Shown here one piece after another: positions 31,908 to 46,154 of a stretch of 64,000 bases of DNA; position 1 is the stretch's first letter, and every line of letters begins with the position of its first letter. The translations under genes were made by a program, and so were the position numbers. This stretch comes from the human T2T-CHM13v2.0 reference genome, Homo sapiens, in NCBI RefSeq assembly GCF_009914755.1, contig NC_060932.1. The stretch is one strand, 5' to 3'. Under the pieces are notes generated by a model. It saw only the letters and a list, made by a program, of their open reading frames with translations. It was not told where the DNA came from and did no database searches.

Positions 31908-32038
31908 CTAAAAGATATTTAAAAAAAAAATACACACACACACATTAGTAACTCTCTAGTTTGATCCACCAGGAGGCAAGCGGCTTCGCTTAGGAAGAGT
32001 CTGAAGATAATCCCAACTAGTCAAGTCATCAGCATTGG

Positions 32039-32137
32039 CCGACTCACAACCCCGGCGGGTACCGACTCACACCCCCGGCGGGGACCGACTCACACCCCCA
32101 GCGGGCACCATCTTACACCCCCGGTGGGCACCATCTT
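32039..32137. repeat. GC-rich 23-bp minisatellite, about 4.3 copies
   Basis: ccgactcacacccccggcgggca-like units at 32039, 32062, 32085 and 32108. Confidence 0.93.
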
Positions 32138-32229
32138 TCCTGTGATGTCCCAGAGTCTACACAATTCTCAGCCTGTACATGCAAACGGAAAGGGCTTCCA
32201 AAACTTACTCTGTGGTTAAATATGGTTTC

Positions 32230-32586
32230 TTTTTTTTTTTTTGGAGATGGAGTCTTACTCTGTCGCCCAGGCTGGAGGCAGTGGCACAAACTCAGCTCAC
32301 TGCAACCACTGCCTCCCAGGTCCAAGCAATTCTCCTGCCTCAGCCTCCCAAGTAGCTGAGATTACAGGTGCACACCACCACTCCTGGCTAATTTCTGTAT
32401 TTTAGTAGATATGGGATTTCACCATGTTGGCCAGGCTGTTCTTGAACTCCTGACCTCGGGTGATCCACCCGCCTCGGCCTCCCAAGGTGCTGGGATGACA
32501 GGCGTGTGGGATGACAGGCGTGTGGGATGACAGGCATGTGGGATGACAGGCGTGTGGGATGACAAGCGTGAGCCACTGCGCCGGCC
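32230..32586 (-). mobile_element. AluS containing an internal 16-bp x5 tandem repeat (32491-32570)
   Basis: Full dimer; tgggatgacaggcgtg repeated five times in place of the single tgggattacaggcgtg. Confidence 0.94.
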
Positions 32587-33097
32587 TAAACACGGCATTT
32601 TAGAGAGAAAAACACATTTCTATGAGCATCATTTCAACATCAGATGAGGTGACAGGCGGGGGCGGGGGTGCTTCTATCCAGAAGGTAGGGTCACTTGGGC
32701 TGACAGTGAGTAAAAGCCGACAAACTCCACACTCAGGATGCTTCCTGGAACCCATCCAAGAGATGACTTCCCAGGGCAACCAAGGCATTCCAGGAGAGGC
32801 AGGGTGCTGCACAGTGGGGAGTACTCATGTGCTCCTGCTGGGGCCCAGCGGTACCCAGTGAGAGGCGAAGAACAGAGGTATGGGGAGACCCCACCCATGG
32901 GGGTGGCGCTGCACTCAGGATGGCTGGGGACCGAAGGGGAACATTACAGCTTCTCTGCAACCCTGAGTACAGGGCAACATCAGGGGAATGTGGAGCCTGG
33001 GGGCACCCAGAGTAACCACAGCAACAAGAAGTTCAACCAGGTTCCCCTCCGGACTGAAGGACCCTGCCTTCCCCAGGACCCTCCGGAAGCAGCGGAC

Positions 33098-33300
33098 ACA
33101 GCAGATCCAGCCCATGGACCAAATCTGACCACCGCCTGTTTTTGTGTGGCCTGAGAGCTAAGAACAGTTTTTACATTTGTTTACAGCTTGTAAAACAAAA
33201 CAAAACAAAGCAAAACCAGAGAAGAATACGCAACAGAGACCATATGCGGCTGGCAAAGCTTAAAATACTATGTGGACCTTTACATCAAAGATTTGCAGAT
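33098..33300. mobile_element. MER58C (hAT-Charlie)
   Basis: gcctgtttttgtgtggcctgagagctaagaacagtttttacattt...cagagaccatatgcggctggcaaagcttaaaata. Confidence 0.8.
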
Positions 33301-33304
33301 AAAA

Positions 33305-33425
33305 CCCAGAGGAAAACATAGGAACAAATCTTCATGACCTTGGATTAAGCAAAGGTTTCATGGATATGACACCAAAAGCATAAGCAAAATGCAAAAAAAA
33401 AAAAAAGAAAAGAAAAAGGAAAAAA
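33305..33425 (+). mobile_element. Short L1 ORF2 fragment ending in an A-rich tract
   Basis: gaaaacataggaacaaatcttcatgaccttggattaagcaaaggtttcatggatatgacaccaaaagc. Confidence 0.75.
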
Positions 33426-33635
33426 AGGAAATCAAAGCTTCTCAACTGTTACATAGGGACAATAATTAATATGTATCTCACTAGATTCGTGCAGATTTGA
33501 TGAGGAAATATAGTGACAGAACAAGAAGTCGCTCATTAAATAAATTCCTTTCTCCCCTGCAACCTACCCATCTGACACCCTGAGGCAACATGGCTTAGAA
33601 TCGGAGGAAATGAGTTTTAGTCCCGTTTCTTCTAG

Positions 33636-34487
33636 TTTTGTTTTATATTCTTGTAATGTGGCAAAGTATGCATAACATAAAAGTTACCATTTTAACAATT
33701 CTAAGTACACAGTTCAGTGGTGTTAAGCACACTCATTCTGTCTATCAACCATCTCCATCATCCATTTCCGTCCCCAGAACTACTCCATCTTCCCAAACTG
33801 ACCCTCTGAACCCATTAAACATGGACTCCCCAGTCTCCCTTCCTCTAGGCCCTGGCACCCACCATGCTACTTTTTGTCTTCCTGAATTTGACACTCTAGG
33901 CACCTTGCATGAGTGGAATCCTACAGTACTTGTCCTTTTGTGACTGGCAGATTTCACTCAGCATCATGTCCTCGAGAATCAACCGTGTTGAATCGTGGGT
34001 CAGAATTTCCTCTTTTTAAAGACCAATATTCCATTACATGTATGTACTGTGTCTTACTCATCCATTCGTCTGTCAGCGGGCACTTGGGTTGCTCCTACCC
34101 CTTGGCTCGTGTGAACAGTGCTGCTATGGTTGGACAGTGCCGAGACCCTGCTTTCAGTTCTTTGGGGTATATGCCCGGAAGTGGAATTTCTGAATCATAC
34201 GGGTATTCTCTATGTAATTTTTTGAGAAGCCACCATATTGTTTCGCACAGTGGCTGTGCCATTTTACATTCCCACCAGCAGTGCACAGGGTTCCTGTTTT
34301 CCTACATCCTTACCACACATTTGCTATGTTCTGTTTTTGTGATAATGGCCATCCTAAGGGACACAAAGGAATATCTCACTGTGGTTTTGATTTGCATTTC
34401 CCTGGTGACTAGTCATGTTGAGCATCTTTTTATGTGCTTATGGTCCATTTATGTATCTTCTTTGGAGAAATTTCTATTTGAGTTCTT
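33636..34487 (-). mobile_element. L1MB (MB2/MB3-like) 3' end
   Basis: cataacataaaagttaccattttaacaattctaagtacacagttcagtgg; cattttacattcccaccagcagtgcac. Confidence 0.88.
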
Positions 34488-34944
34488 CAGTCTCATTTTA
34501 AAAGCTCACTATTCCAAATCCCCTCTCACCACTCCTATAGGTATATTTCATGACTACATATTGACAGGTTCCCTTCAATATTTGTACTGCCAGAGAAATA
34601 CCTTCACTGATTCTCTCCACCTATGTAAATATTACTACTCGACAGCCCAAATAAAGCCATGCCTTCCTCTTACTTACAAATGGCTCAATAAAATACAGAT
34701 TTTTTTTTAATATTCAAGGATCATATTTTGGCCTCACCAAAATCCCAAATCCTTTTTTCATTCCCTTTACTCCCAAGCACCGCCCTGTCATCTCCAAAGG
34801 GCTGCTGATTTCTTGTGAACACGTCTCAGACCTCTTACATTGCCCTTGTCATAAGCAGAAGGTGAGACTCGACACACACACACTCAATAAGTCTTTCTGT
34901 CAAAACTTTCAGAGTTCAACTGACTTTCATCTGTTTGATCTATT

Positions 34945-35065
34945 TTTTCATTCATCTTTTCAAACACTTCCTGGGTATCTTCTGAGTGCAGGGCTCTGTG
35001 CTCAGTACAAGATGAAGAAGATGTAGTCCCTGATCTCAGAAAGCTCTGTAAATGCTGAGTGAGGC
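34945..35065 (-). mobile_element. L2 terminal fragment
   Basis: ttcattcatc...caaacacttcctgggtatct...gtgcagggctctgtgct. Confidence 0.6.
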
Positions 35066-35473
35066 AATGTATGACTAAATTAAATAATAAATAAATGAAG
35101 CCAACCAACCACCTAACATATACACAGCATCTTTCTCAAAATGCAGGCACAGTGGTCATGGAAATAAACAAACTCTCAGTAATGGCTGTGAAAAGCCAAA
35201 ATCTGTGAAGTAACAACAAATGTCACACTGGCTTCTTGTTTGTTTTTTTGAGGTAAACTTAAAAGTCACCTACAGAGAGTGATGTAAAAGAAATCACCTG
35301 GGGAATGAACAAAAAGTACACAGACAACTGTCAAAGTACCACATCACCAAGAGGAAATAGTCTGTGTTTCTACTTTCTGGGAATTTACTATTACTTTACT
35401 CTGTAGAAAACCACAAAAAAGATATAATTATGAGGGGAAATATCTAATTTAACAAAATCAAGCACAGAAAAGT

Positions 35474-35849
35474 TGTATTACTCCATTCTCACACTACTAT
35501 AAAGAACTGCCCGAGACTGGGTAATTTATAAAGAAAAGAGGTTTAATTGACTCACAGTTCCACACAGCTGGGTAGGCCTCAGGAAATGTAGAATCATGGC
35601 AGAAGGGGAAGAAGCATATCTTACATGGCGGCAGGAGAAAGTGAGTGAGTGTGTGTGTGAAGGAGGAACAGTCAAACACTTATAAAACCATCAGATCTCA
35701 TGAGAACTCACTATCATGAGAACAGCATGGGGGACACCACCCCCATGATCCAATCACCTCCCACCATGTCCCTCCCTCGACACGTGGGGATTATGGGGAT
35801 TACAATTCAAGATGAGATTTGGGTGGGGACACAGAGTCTAACCACATCA
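35474..35849 (-). mobile_element. THE1 (THE1C/D-like) MaLR solo LTR
   Basis: gagactgggtaatttataaagaaaagaggtttaattgactcacagttcc ... gatgagatttgggtggggacacag; TG...CA ends; 5-bp TSD aaagt/aaagg. Confidence 0.92.
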
Positions 35850-36434
35850 AAAGGTTTTCTGAAGTTCAGTGTCACTGCCTTACCTCTTTGAGATAAAAAC
35901 AAAAACCAGAAATAACAAAAAAAGGCCTCCTCAGTCTTTTAAAATTAGAATATTATATATAAGGTCTTATATATTATATATATGGTCTTATTAATAATAA
36001 GAACATAAGGGGAGCTGGGAAGTGGAAAGACACAGGATGTCCAAGCCCTTTTCCTCAATCCAAGAGACTTCATAAGATGTTCCCATCTGAGAGCATTTTT
36101 CAATCCTTACTTTGACAGAAGACTATTACAGAAATCATAAACGAGGGACTACAACCAAAATGTTTATTTTCTAGGCACACAACTTATTATTCCAGCTAAC
36201 ATGAAAGGCCTGTCAGTAGGTACCTTTTATTAAAGAGTACCTACTCCATGCCAAGTGCTGCACTGAGTGACTTACACACCCAACTGCAACAGTCATGAGA
36301 GCCCCACAAGGGAAGTGCTGCTTTCATCAATGAGGCTCAGAGCACCCAGGAAGCAGCACAGGCAGGAACTGAATGCAGAGCAACATGCCTGCACAGCCCA
36401 CTCTCTTGCCATTCAGGCAAACTGTTTAGAATAG

Positions 36435-36680
36435 CATTCATTCACCCATGCAATCATTCACTCACTAACCCTGTCTACTATGTCCCAGGGACTGTGGCAC
36501 TTGAGAGGAAGAAGGCACAGTGCCACCCTTGGGGCACTCGAGTCTGGTAAAAGAAACAAGCCTTGATGCCTCTGAGTAAATTGTGACACGTTGTGTCATG
36601 GATAAGTGTATTAGAATATATGAGAATACAGGAGGAGAAAGGACTACATATGCCAGGTGGGTAGGAGTTGCAGAGGAAGG
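36435..36680 (-). mobile_element. L2 terminal fragment
   Basis: cattcattcacc...tactatgtcccagggactgtg...ggcactcgagtctggt. Confidence 0.6.
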
Positions 36681-37048
36681 AAAAACAAACCAGTAAGGAA
36701 GACAGGATTAGACAATTATCAATTGAAAATGGATAAATAATGGAAAAAAACAACTATACTAAAACCTACTTCTTGAAAATATCAATAAATGTGACAATCC
36801 TCTAAGTTGATCAAGGAAAAAGAGAAGAGAAAAACAAATTGCCAACATCAGGAATGAGAATGATTATCGGTACAGATCCTACAACCATTAAAAGGACAAT
36901 CAGGGAAGAGTATCAATAATTTTGTGTCAATAGATTCAACAACTTAGATAAAATGGTCACACATTACCAAAAGGAATCAAGGAGAAACAGAAAATCTGAA
37001 GAGCCTCATGCCAATTGAAGACAAATCAAGAATATACTCCCAAAAGAT

Positions 37049-37365
37049 GGCCAGGCATTGCGGCTCATGCCTGTAGTCCCAGCAGTTTGGGAGGCTGCGC
37101 AGAGGCAGATCACTTGAGCCCCAGACTTTCAGATAGCCTGGCCAACATGGCGAAAGCCCAACTCTACTAAAAGTACACAAATTAGCTGAGCTTAGTGGCG
37201 CAGGCCTGTAATCACAGCTACTCAGGAGGCTGAGGCATGAGAATCATTTGAACCCGGGAGGTGGAGGTTGCAGTGAGCCAAGATCATGCCACTTTCCTCC
37301 AGCCTGGGCGACAGAGCAAGACTCTGTCTCTGAAAACAAACAAACAAACAAACAAACAAGCAAAT
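37049..37365 (+). mobile_element. Alu (Sz/Jb-like) with (AAAC)n tail
   Basis: Full dimer; left TSD aagaatatactcccaaaaga. Confidence 0.92.
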
Positions 37366-37377
37366 AAGAATGTACTC

Positions 37378-37468
37378 CCACATTTTCTTAATCCAGTCTA
37401 TCGTTATTGGACATACATTGTGCACATGTACCCTAAAACTTTAAGTATAATAATAATAAAATTAAAAA
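37378..37468 (+). mobile_element. Miniature 5'-inverted (twin-primed) young L1PA
   Basis: Antisense L1 piece ccacattttcttaatccagtctatcgttattggacat joined to the sense L1 terminus acattgtgcacatgtaccctaaaactttaagtataataat and a tail; flanked by tactccca copies. Confidence 0.85.
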
Positions 37469-39066
37469 TATATATATATATATACTCCCAAAAGAAACCC
37501 CAAGCTTAGATGGTCTCTCAGCTGAATTCTAACAAACATGTAAATTAGAAAGAATATCAATTTTATATAATAAACATTTTTAGCAATTAGAAAAAAGGAG
37601 AAAACTTTCCCAATCTTTTTATGAGACCAATATTACTCAAATATCAAAATCAGATAGAAAACTTCTAAGAAAACTATTCATGAGGCCTATATCCCTCATG
37701 AATTTAAATGTAAAAAATATTTTTAAAGTACTAATGAATCAAGTTCAGTAAAATATAAAATGGGTAATACATCACGGCCATCAATAATGCAAGGCTGGTT
37801 TAATCTTCAAAAATCAAAGTCATTCACCATATTAATAAGCTATTGACAGGCAACAAAAAGAAAAGCTGAATGATCAATAGCTTCAGAAATAATAGTTGAC
37901 GAAATTCAAAACCCATTTATAGTTTTTTAAAAACTCTCAGCAAACTAGGCATAGAAAGGAACATCCTCATTCTATGAAATGCACTCATGAAAAACCTATA
38001 GTCAAAACCATACTTGATGATAAGCAATGGAATGTTTTGCATCTAAAATCCAGATTAAGATGTAGCTGTAATAATTTTTGTAAGCATTGTACTTGAGATC
38101 CTAGCAAGTTCAATAAGTCCAGAAACAAAGGGCATACATGTTGGAAAGGAAGAGGTAAAACTATCTTTGTTTGCAGACAACATAATCATGTACCAAAAAC
38201 ATCCTAAGAAATCTACTGGAACTCTCAGAAATTGCTGGTGGCACTATAAAATAGTAAAATCCTTTTGAAAAATAGCTAGGTAAATCCTCCTACGCTTAAA
38301 CCTACAATTAACATATTACTCAGCAAAGCAACTCCTACCAAGAAAAATAAAAACACATATCTACACAAAAACATGGATGTAAATGTCCACGGAGACTTTA
38401 TTCATAATAATACCAAACTGGAAACAACCTCCATGTCCAACAAGAGGTAGGTGACCAAATAAACAAATTGTAGTAAATTCACAAAACGAAATACTACTCA
38501 GCTAAAGAATGGAGCAAATTACTGATACATACACAACATGGAAGAATCCAAAACCCCTTATTCTGAAAGAAAGAAGCCAGACACACAAGAGTGCATACCA
38601 TTGCTTGTATGTATATGAGATACTAGAAAAGCTCAGCCTTTGGTAGCAAGGAGATCGGCAGTTGCCTGGAGTTAGAGGCAGGAGAGGGTTAGCTGCAAAG
38701 GGGTCAGAGAAACTATGGAGGGTGATAAAAATATTCTATATCTTTATGGTGGTGGTGGTGGTTACATGGAGTATATATTTGTCACAATTCATCAAACTGT
38801 ATGGTTAATGAGGCTACATTTTATAGAATGCAAATTACACTCAGTAAAGTTGATTTTTGAAATTGATCCTGACCATTAATAGACATACAATCACTCGTAA
38901 ACATTATTAAAGAATCTAAGTCACAATGTGGGCCACGTTGATGTGGGACCAGCCATGTCTAAGAGCGAATGTGAGGCCCTCGAAGAGGCTTCAGATGGAG
39001 ACTTAAGAATCCCGGGTTCTGCATCAGAAGAAACAGCAGTGAGGTTATGATTCACCATAATTAAAG

Positions 39067-39175
39067 CTTCATGTGACCTGGGAGAAGTCACATCACTTGT
39101 CCAGTTCTCAGTCTCCTCACCTTAAAACCTGAGGGTCATGCCAGATGTTGCCTGAGGTTTTGACCAGCTCTTATA
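39067..39175 (+). mobile_element. MIR3-like fragment
   Basis: tgtgacctgggagaagtcacatcactt...ctcagtctcctcacct. Confidence 0.65.
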
Positions 39176-40039
39176 TGAACAGTTATTCTTTATTTTCCTA
39201 ACGTTCCACAACTTCTAATATAACTAACACTATTGTCAGAGAAAAACAATCACCCTCATATGTATGCTAGCCAACTTAAATGTATATGAAGTAGATCTCT
39301 AATATTTAAAGACCTCAATTGAACCTGTCACCACGGATTTCCTTCTGCTCTGTTTCTATAATATGACATAAAATTAATAGCTGTGATGTGATCCACTTAA
39401 TAAGTCAAACATTCAAGACCAAAGGCTGGGGCTCATTCCCCAAGAGACCAGCACAACGGTTTACTTAAGGTCAATGAAACTCACAAATAAAAGCCATACC
39501 ATTACTTTCCAGTTAATTAGCACTTTCAACCAAAGTTTTTCTTCAGTGTTAATGATGCCTTCAAGATGCCAAGTAACTACAAATTAAGTGATCCATCCAC
39601 AGCAGTGCAGGGATGGGTTTGAACAACAGCAGCCATCAAAACAGCTTCCAGCCAAGAGGCCCAGGAGTCCCGTGGTGGCTGAGAAGAGTTAGGACACAAG
39701 GTCCAAAGGAGGGGGTATGTCTGGGGACTGTTAGAAGACCAAGTTGAAAGTCTGGTTTAGGATACTAAGGAGAGCATCAAGTCAGAGAGTCGAGGCCAGA
39801 CAGAACCTGGGACCCCCAGCCTAACTCCCTGGGCGATGAGCCCAGTGCCATAGACCACAGCAGTGCAGAGGGCCGCCACGTCCTACCTGCACTTACGCTC
39901 CAGCCAAATTTCACCTTCTCTGAGAAGTCTTTCCAGCGTCTCCAAAGAAACTCTGCCACTCTCTAACACATACCACATGGACACTCTGCTCCAGCACCCA
40001 TCACACCTGGAGTTACATACTTTGTCGATAAGAAGTGTA

Positions 40040-41990
<1,951 letters not shown>

Positions 41991-43999
41991 TACCCAACAC
42001 AAGACTTGGCACAAAGCAACTATTCAATAAATGCTTGCTAAGTAGAATTACATTTGAAGATGATTTATACATTAACCATGTATCAATGTCCATTAAACGG
42101 ATGGATGGATAATCTTATTAATAAACACTTTTTCCATACTTCATAACCTGGCTTTACAAAGATTTCCCTCACCTCTCCACCCTACCCTCTTCCCACTGAC
42201 AAATTCTTCCTTGGTTATTGGGTTTCTGTGGACAACTCACATCACCTAGGGAGTCTCTGTGATCCTGCAAAGCCCAGGCTGGCTGCACCTCCTCAATAAA
42301 CAGCACGGAGCACGTTCCCTGCCTCTGACTTACCACGCTGCAGCACAAGTGCTTGGATCCTTCAACAGAATAAAAGCTCACTGCGGGCAGGGACCATGCT
42401 CCATACCTAGTGCCTTGAAGAGCAGGTGCCCCACATGCATTCCGTTTAACTGAATGACAGCATCTTCACAACAAATCTCAGAGAAAGGAGAAAGCTGACA
42501 TTCAGTAGGCTCATACTGTGCTCCAGGCACTGTGAGCAGCACTTCAGAAACTTTAAGTCCTACCACAATGCAGCACAGGTATCACTACCTCAACAGCTCA
42601 CCACTATCGAAAGCTTAGGGAAATAAATAGCCTTGCCACAAAGCTCAAAGCCAGGTCTGAGTCCGAAGGTCCTGCTCTTCCGGCAGCCCTATGCTGTCTC
42701 CCAGAGAAAGGCTAAGGAGACAAAGAAGGAGACTGTGAGCAGAAAGCTGGCGCTGCCCTGAAGAAGCAGGCCTGGGTTCCCGAAGGAAGGCCAGTTTCAC
42801 AGCTGCCGCGCCATGAGGCTGCCCTGGCCTTGGTGCTAAATGCTGCATTCAAGATGCTCACGGTTTTTCCCCTTCTGTATACACAGCTGGAGGAGGGTAA
42901 ACTGTGGAAGGGATGATTTTAATAAATGTAGTAAAACTGAAATACAATCAGCCTGAAATTAGGCAGCAGAGATTTGTTAGGATCAGCAGAATTGTCCTTA
43001 CATTAATTCACTGTTATAAGCCATAAGCAATTAGGACATTTTCCATTGGCACTCATTTAGTTATGAGAAACACTCTCTGGCCATAGGATGTGGCCTTTTA
43101 AATACTGCTGATCTTCAATATTAGAGAAATGTACTTGACAGCCAGCACTTCATCAGACTTCCGGCTTATAGAAAGGAATGCTATATCCTTCCAAAGTTGT
43201 ATGACTGAAATCAACTCAAGAGGAGACACTAAGGTGTTACGCATGCAGGAAATTGATGGGGACCCCCAGCAAAGATGCCAAACTAAGTACCTGCAGAGGG
43301 CTAGAAACTGCTAGCAGGTCAGCAAGAAGCAATCCTCACAACCAGTGTGTGTTAGGTGGCCGGCCCCTGCCAGACACAATGCTGGGAGCTGCGCACACTG
43401 GGTCTCTCTCAGGACTTCGCCATCCTATCCGACAGGAAGGCCTTGAATAGCAACTGTCGTTCGGCAAAGTGAGGTACGTTGCTCCAGTTCCCGTAGCTAG
43501 TAAACCACAGAGCTCAGGTGCATCTGACCCCAAAAGCCACAATCGCCAGGCCCTAACCACACTGAAGGCCACTGATAAAGGACAGGGCACTGTGACTTCA
43601 CCGGGAATCGGCCTGAAGAAGCGTCTTTCGATGCCTTGCTCCACGTGAGCCCACAGCCAACACCAGGCAAGGCGGTAAACTGAGAACCCCTGCAGGAGAA
43701 ACCTGGCGTCTGGCCACAGCTCCCCCATCAAGCCTAGGTGTAGACTCAAGAAAGTCACTTGTCCTTTCTTGGCATCAGCTTTCCCATCTGTGAAATATGG
43801 ATTTGGACCAATTAATCTCCAGTGGCCCTTTCCACCTGACTGGGCTACACAGGGGAATTGAATGCCCAACTCACCCGTCACTGGACAAACACTGGCTACG
43901 AGGGTCCATGTGGCGGGGCTACAGAGAGAGCAGAGGCAGCCGCAGCCAGACCACACAGGCACACCAGGCTCAGAGGGGACCCACGCCTGTGCTCCCAAC

Positions 44000-44560
44000 G
44001 GGCTGGGAAGCCTTCGAAGACTTTTTAGCTAAAGGCATGACCTGAACGACTTCTTTAAAAAAAAAAAAAGAACACTCTGGCTGCAACATGGAAGACAGAC
44101 TGGGGACAAGGCTAAAGAGGAGGTGCCAAGCTAGCAGATGAAGTCACTGCCAGGTGAAGACTGATGGGGACGTGTTCGGGGGGTGGCATGGAGTGAACAT
44201 TGACGGTCAGGCTCCGCACACGTGCTGCCATTGAAGACATCAGAGCTGACCGACGGTACGCTGAGTGGGAAGGGAAAAGGGAAGCCACGGATCTCTTCAA
44301 GATTAGATTCTTGACCGAAAAAAAACGAGAAGAATGCACTACCAGTTTACTCAAGTCGGGGAGAGAGGCAGAGGAGCAAGAAGACAGGGTGTGGTACGAA
44401 GATCCATGACTCTGATTTAGGACACAGGAAGTTTGAGATTCCGAAGGACATCCAAGTGATGACAGTGTGACACACGAGTCCTGAGTGGGGAGAAGTCGGG
44501 CTGAAGAGACGTGGCTCACAGGGAGACGCTGCAGAACTCAGAGCAGGGAGCCCATCTGTC
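44000..44560 (-). mobile_element. L2 relic, unusually CpG-rich
   Basis: cactctggctgcaacatggaagacagactgg, tttaggacacaggaagtttgagattcc...acatccaagtg. Confidence 0.65.
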
Positions 44561-44669
44561 CAGAGAGAGAGCAGGAGCCAGCGGAGCGACCCTCACCTGA
44601 TGCCTGGGGTTCCTTGGAAGCTAAGATGCCGCGTGTGTGTTTACGGAAAATCATCACGATCACATTATT

Positions 44670-44860
44670 GTTATTTTTTTTATTTTTTTAAATTGTACTT
44701 TAAGTTCTGGGGCACATGTGCAGAACGTGCAGTTTTGTTACATAGGTATACACATGCCATGGTAGTTTGCTGCACCCATTAACCTGTCACCTACGTTAGG
44801 TATTTCTCCTAATGCTATCCCTCCCCTAGCCCCCCACCCCCGACAGGCCCTGGTGTGTGA
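44670..44860 (-). mobile_element. Short L1PA7-like 3' end
   Basis: tactttaagttctggggcacatgtgcagaacgtgcag...ccccccacccccgacaggccctggtgtgtga; TSD tcacattatt. Confidence 0.92.
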
Positions 44861-45396
44861 CCGTCACATTATTTTATCATACAGTCTTTCAGCCCTCTTG
44901 CTAATAAACACTTGTCATGTGATGTATTTCAAATTTTTACAAAATGCATCTTAAGCAGCAAAGAATAAAATAGTTAATAGCACCCACTGTGAAAGCAGGC
45001 TGCCCGGGCTCAGACCCCATCGTCATTTCCTGCCCAGGCCCCTGAGCGAGTGATCTGATCTCTTCAGGCAGCAGCTTTCACATCTGGGTTATCAGGAAGA
45101 CAAAACCAGCTAGTCTTACAAAACACCGAGAACAGTGCCTGGCGTTTGGAAAGAGTGCTGTAAGTACCAGCTAATATTATTATTACTAAATCAGTATTCA
45201 ACAGTGAGAAAGGAAGATAAGATACTTGGAACAAATGAATTCATAAGTAGAGCCAAGAATAAAGAAACAAATTTCCACATCTGTTCTTCAGATAAACCAT
45301 CACTGGCCCCAATTGCCCAGCTACAGTTCAGACCTCAGCATAGCCGCTCCCAGCCCTTCCACATCGGACCCCTACTGCTCCTCCTGTCTCAGGTCA

Positions 45397-45708
45397 AACA
45401 CATACCACACACACACATACACACACACACACAAATGCCACACACATATACAGACACATACACACACACAAAACACACACCATACACATATACACACATA
45501 CCCAATACACACACACACATCCCACACACGTACACAGACACACATACACCACACCCAATATACACCCCACACACACACACCCCACACACACACCCAAAAC
45601 ACACACAGACATGCACACCACACGCACACCCAACACACACACAGATACACACATACCCAACACACACCAACACACACACAGATACACACATACCCAACAC
45701 ACACCTCC

Positions 45709-45740
<32 letters not shown>
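45397..45740. repeat. Degenerate (CA)n tract ending in a pure (CA)n microsatellite
   Basis: Directly visible; source of the His/Thr- and Cys/Val-rich ORFs. Confidence 0.97.
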
Positions 45741-45741
<1 letters not shown>

Positions 45742-45780
45742 CAGAGCTTCCCTCGTGCTGCATGGTAGGAAAGTTGCTGA

Positions 45781-46154
<374 letters not shown>

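Larger units (their letters stand above)
36700..38862 (+). mobile_element. Old L1M ORF2 joined to an L1ME-like 3' end, with Alu and mini-L1PA insertions
   Basis: caaattgccaacatcaggaatgaga, aaactctcagcaaactaggcatagaaagg, tttgcagacaacataatc, terminal cagtaaagttgatttt. Confidence 0.78.

Noticed and set aside
31966-31979. CTCF-like CCACCAGGAGGCAA
   Set aside because: Two mismatches to the core consensus; cannot be supported without ChIP data.
33913-34710. Longest ORF in the track (265 aa)
   Set aside because: GTG start, mostly antisense to an L1MB 3' end; no domain or splice support.
43336-43998. 220-aa minus-strand ORF
   Set aside because: Crosses MIR fragments, no recognisable homology; expected by chance in GC-rich DNA.
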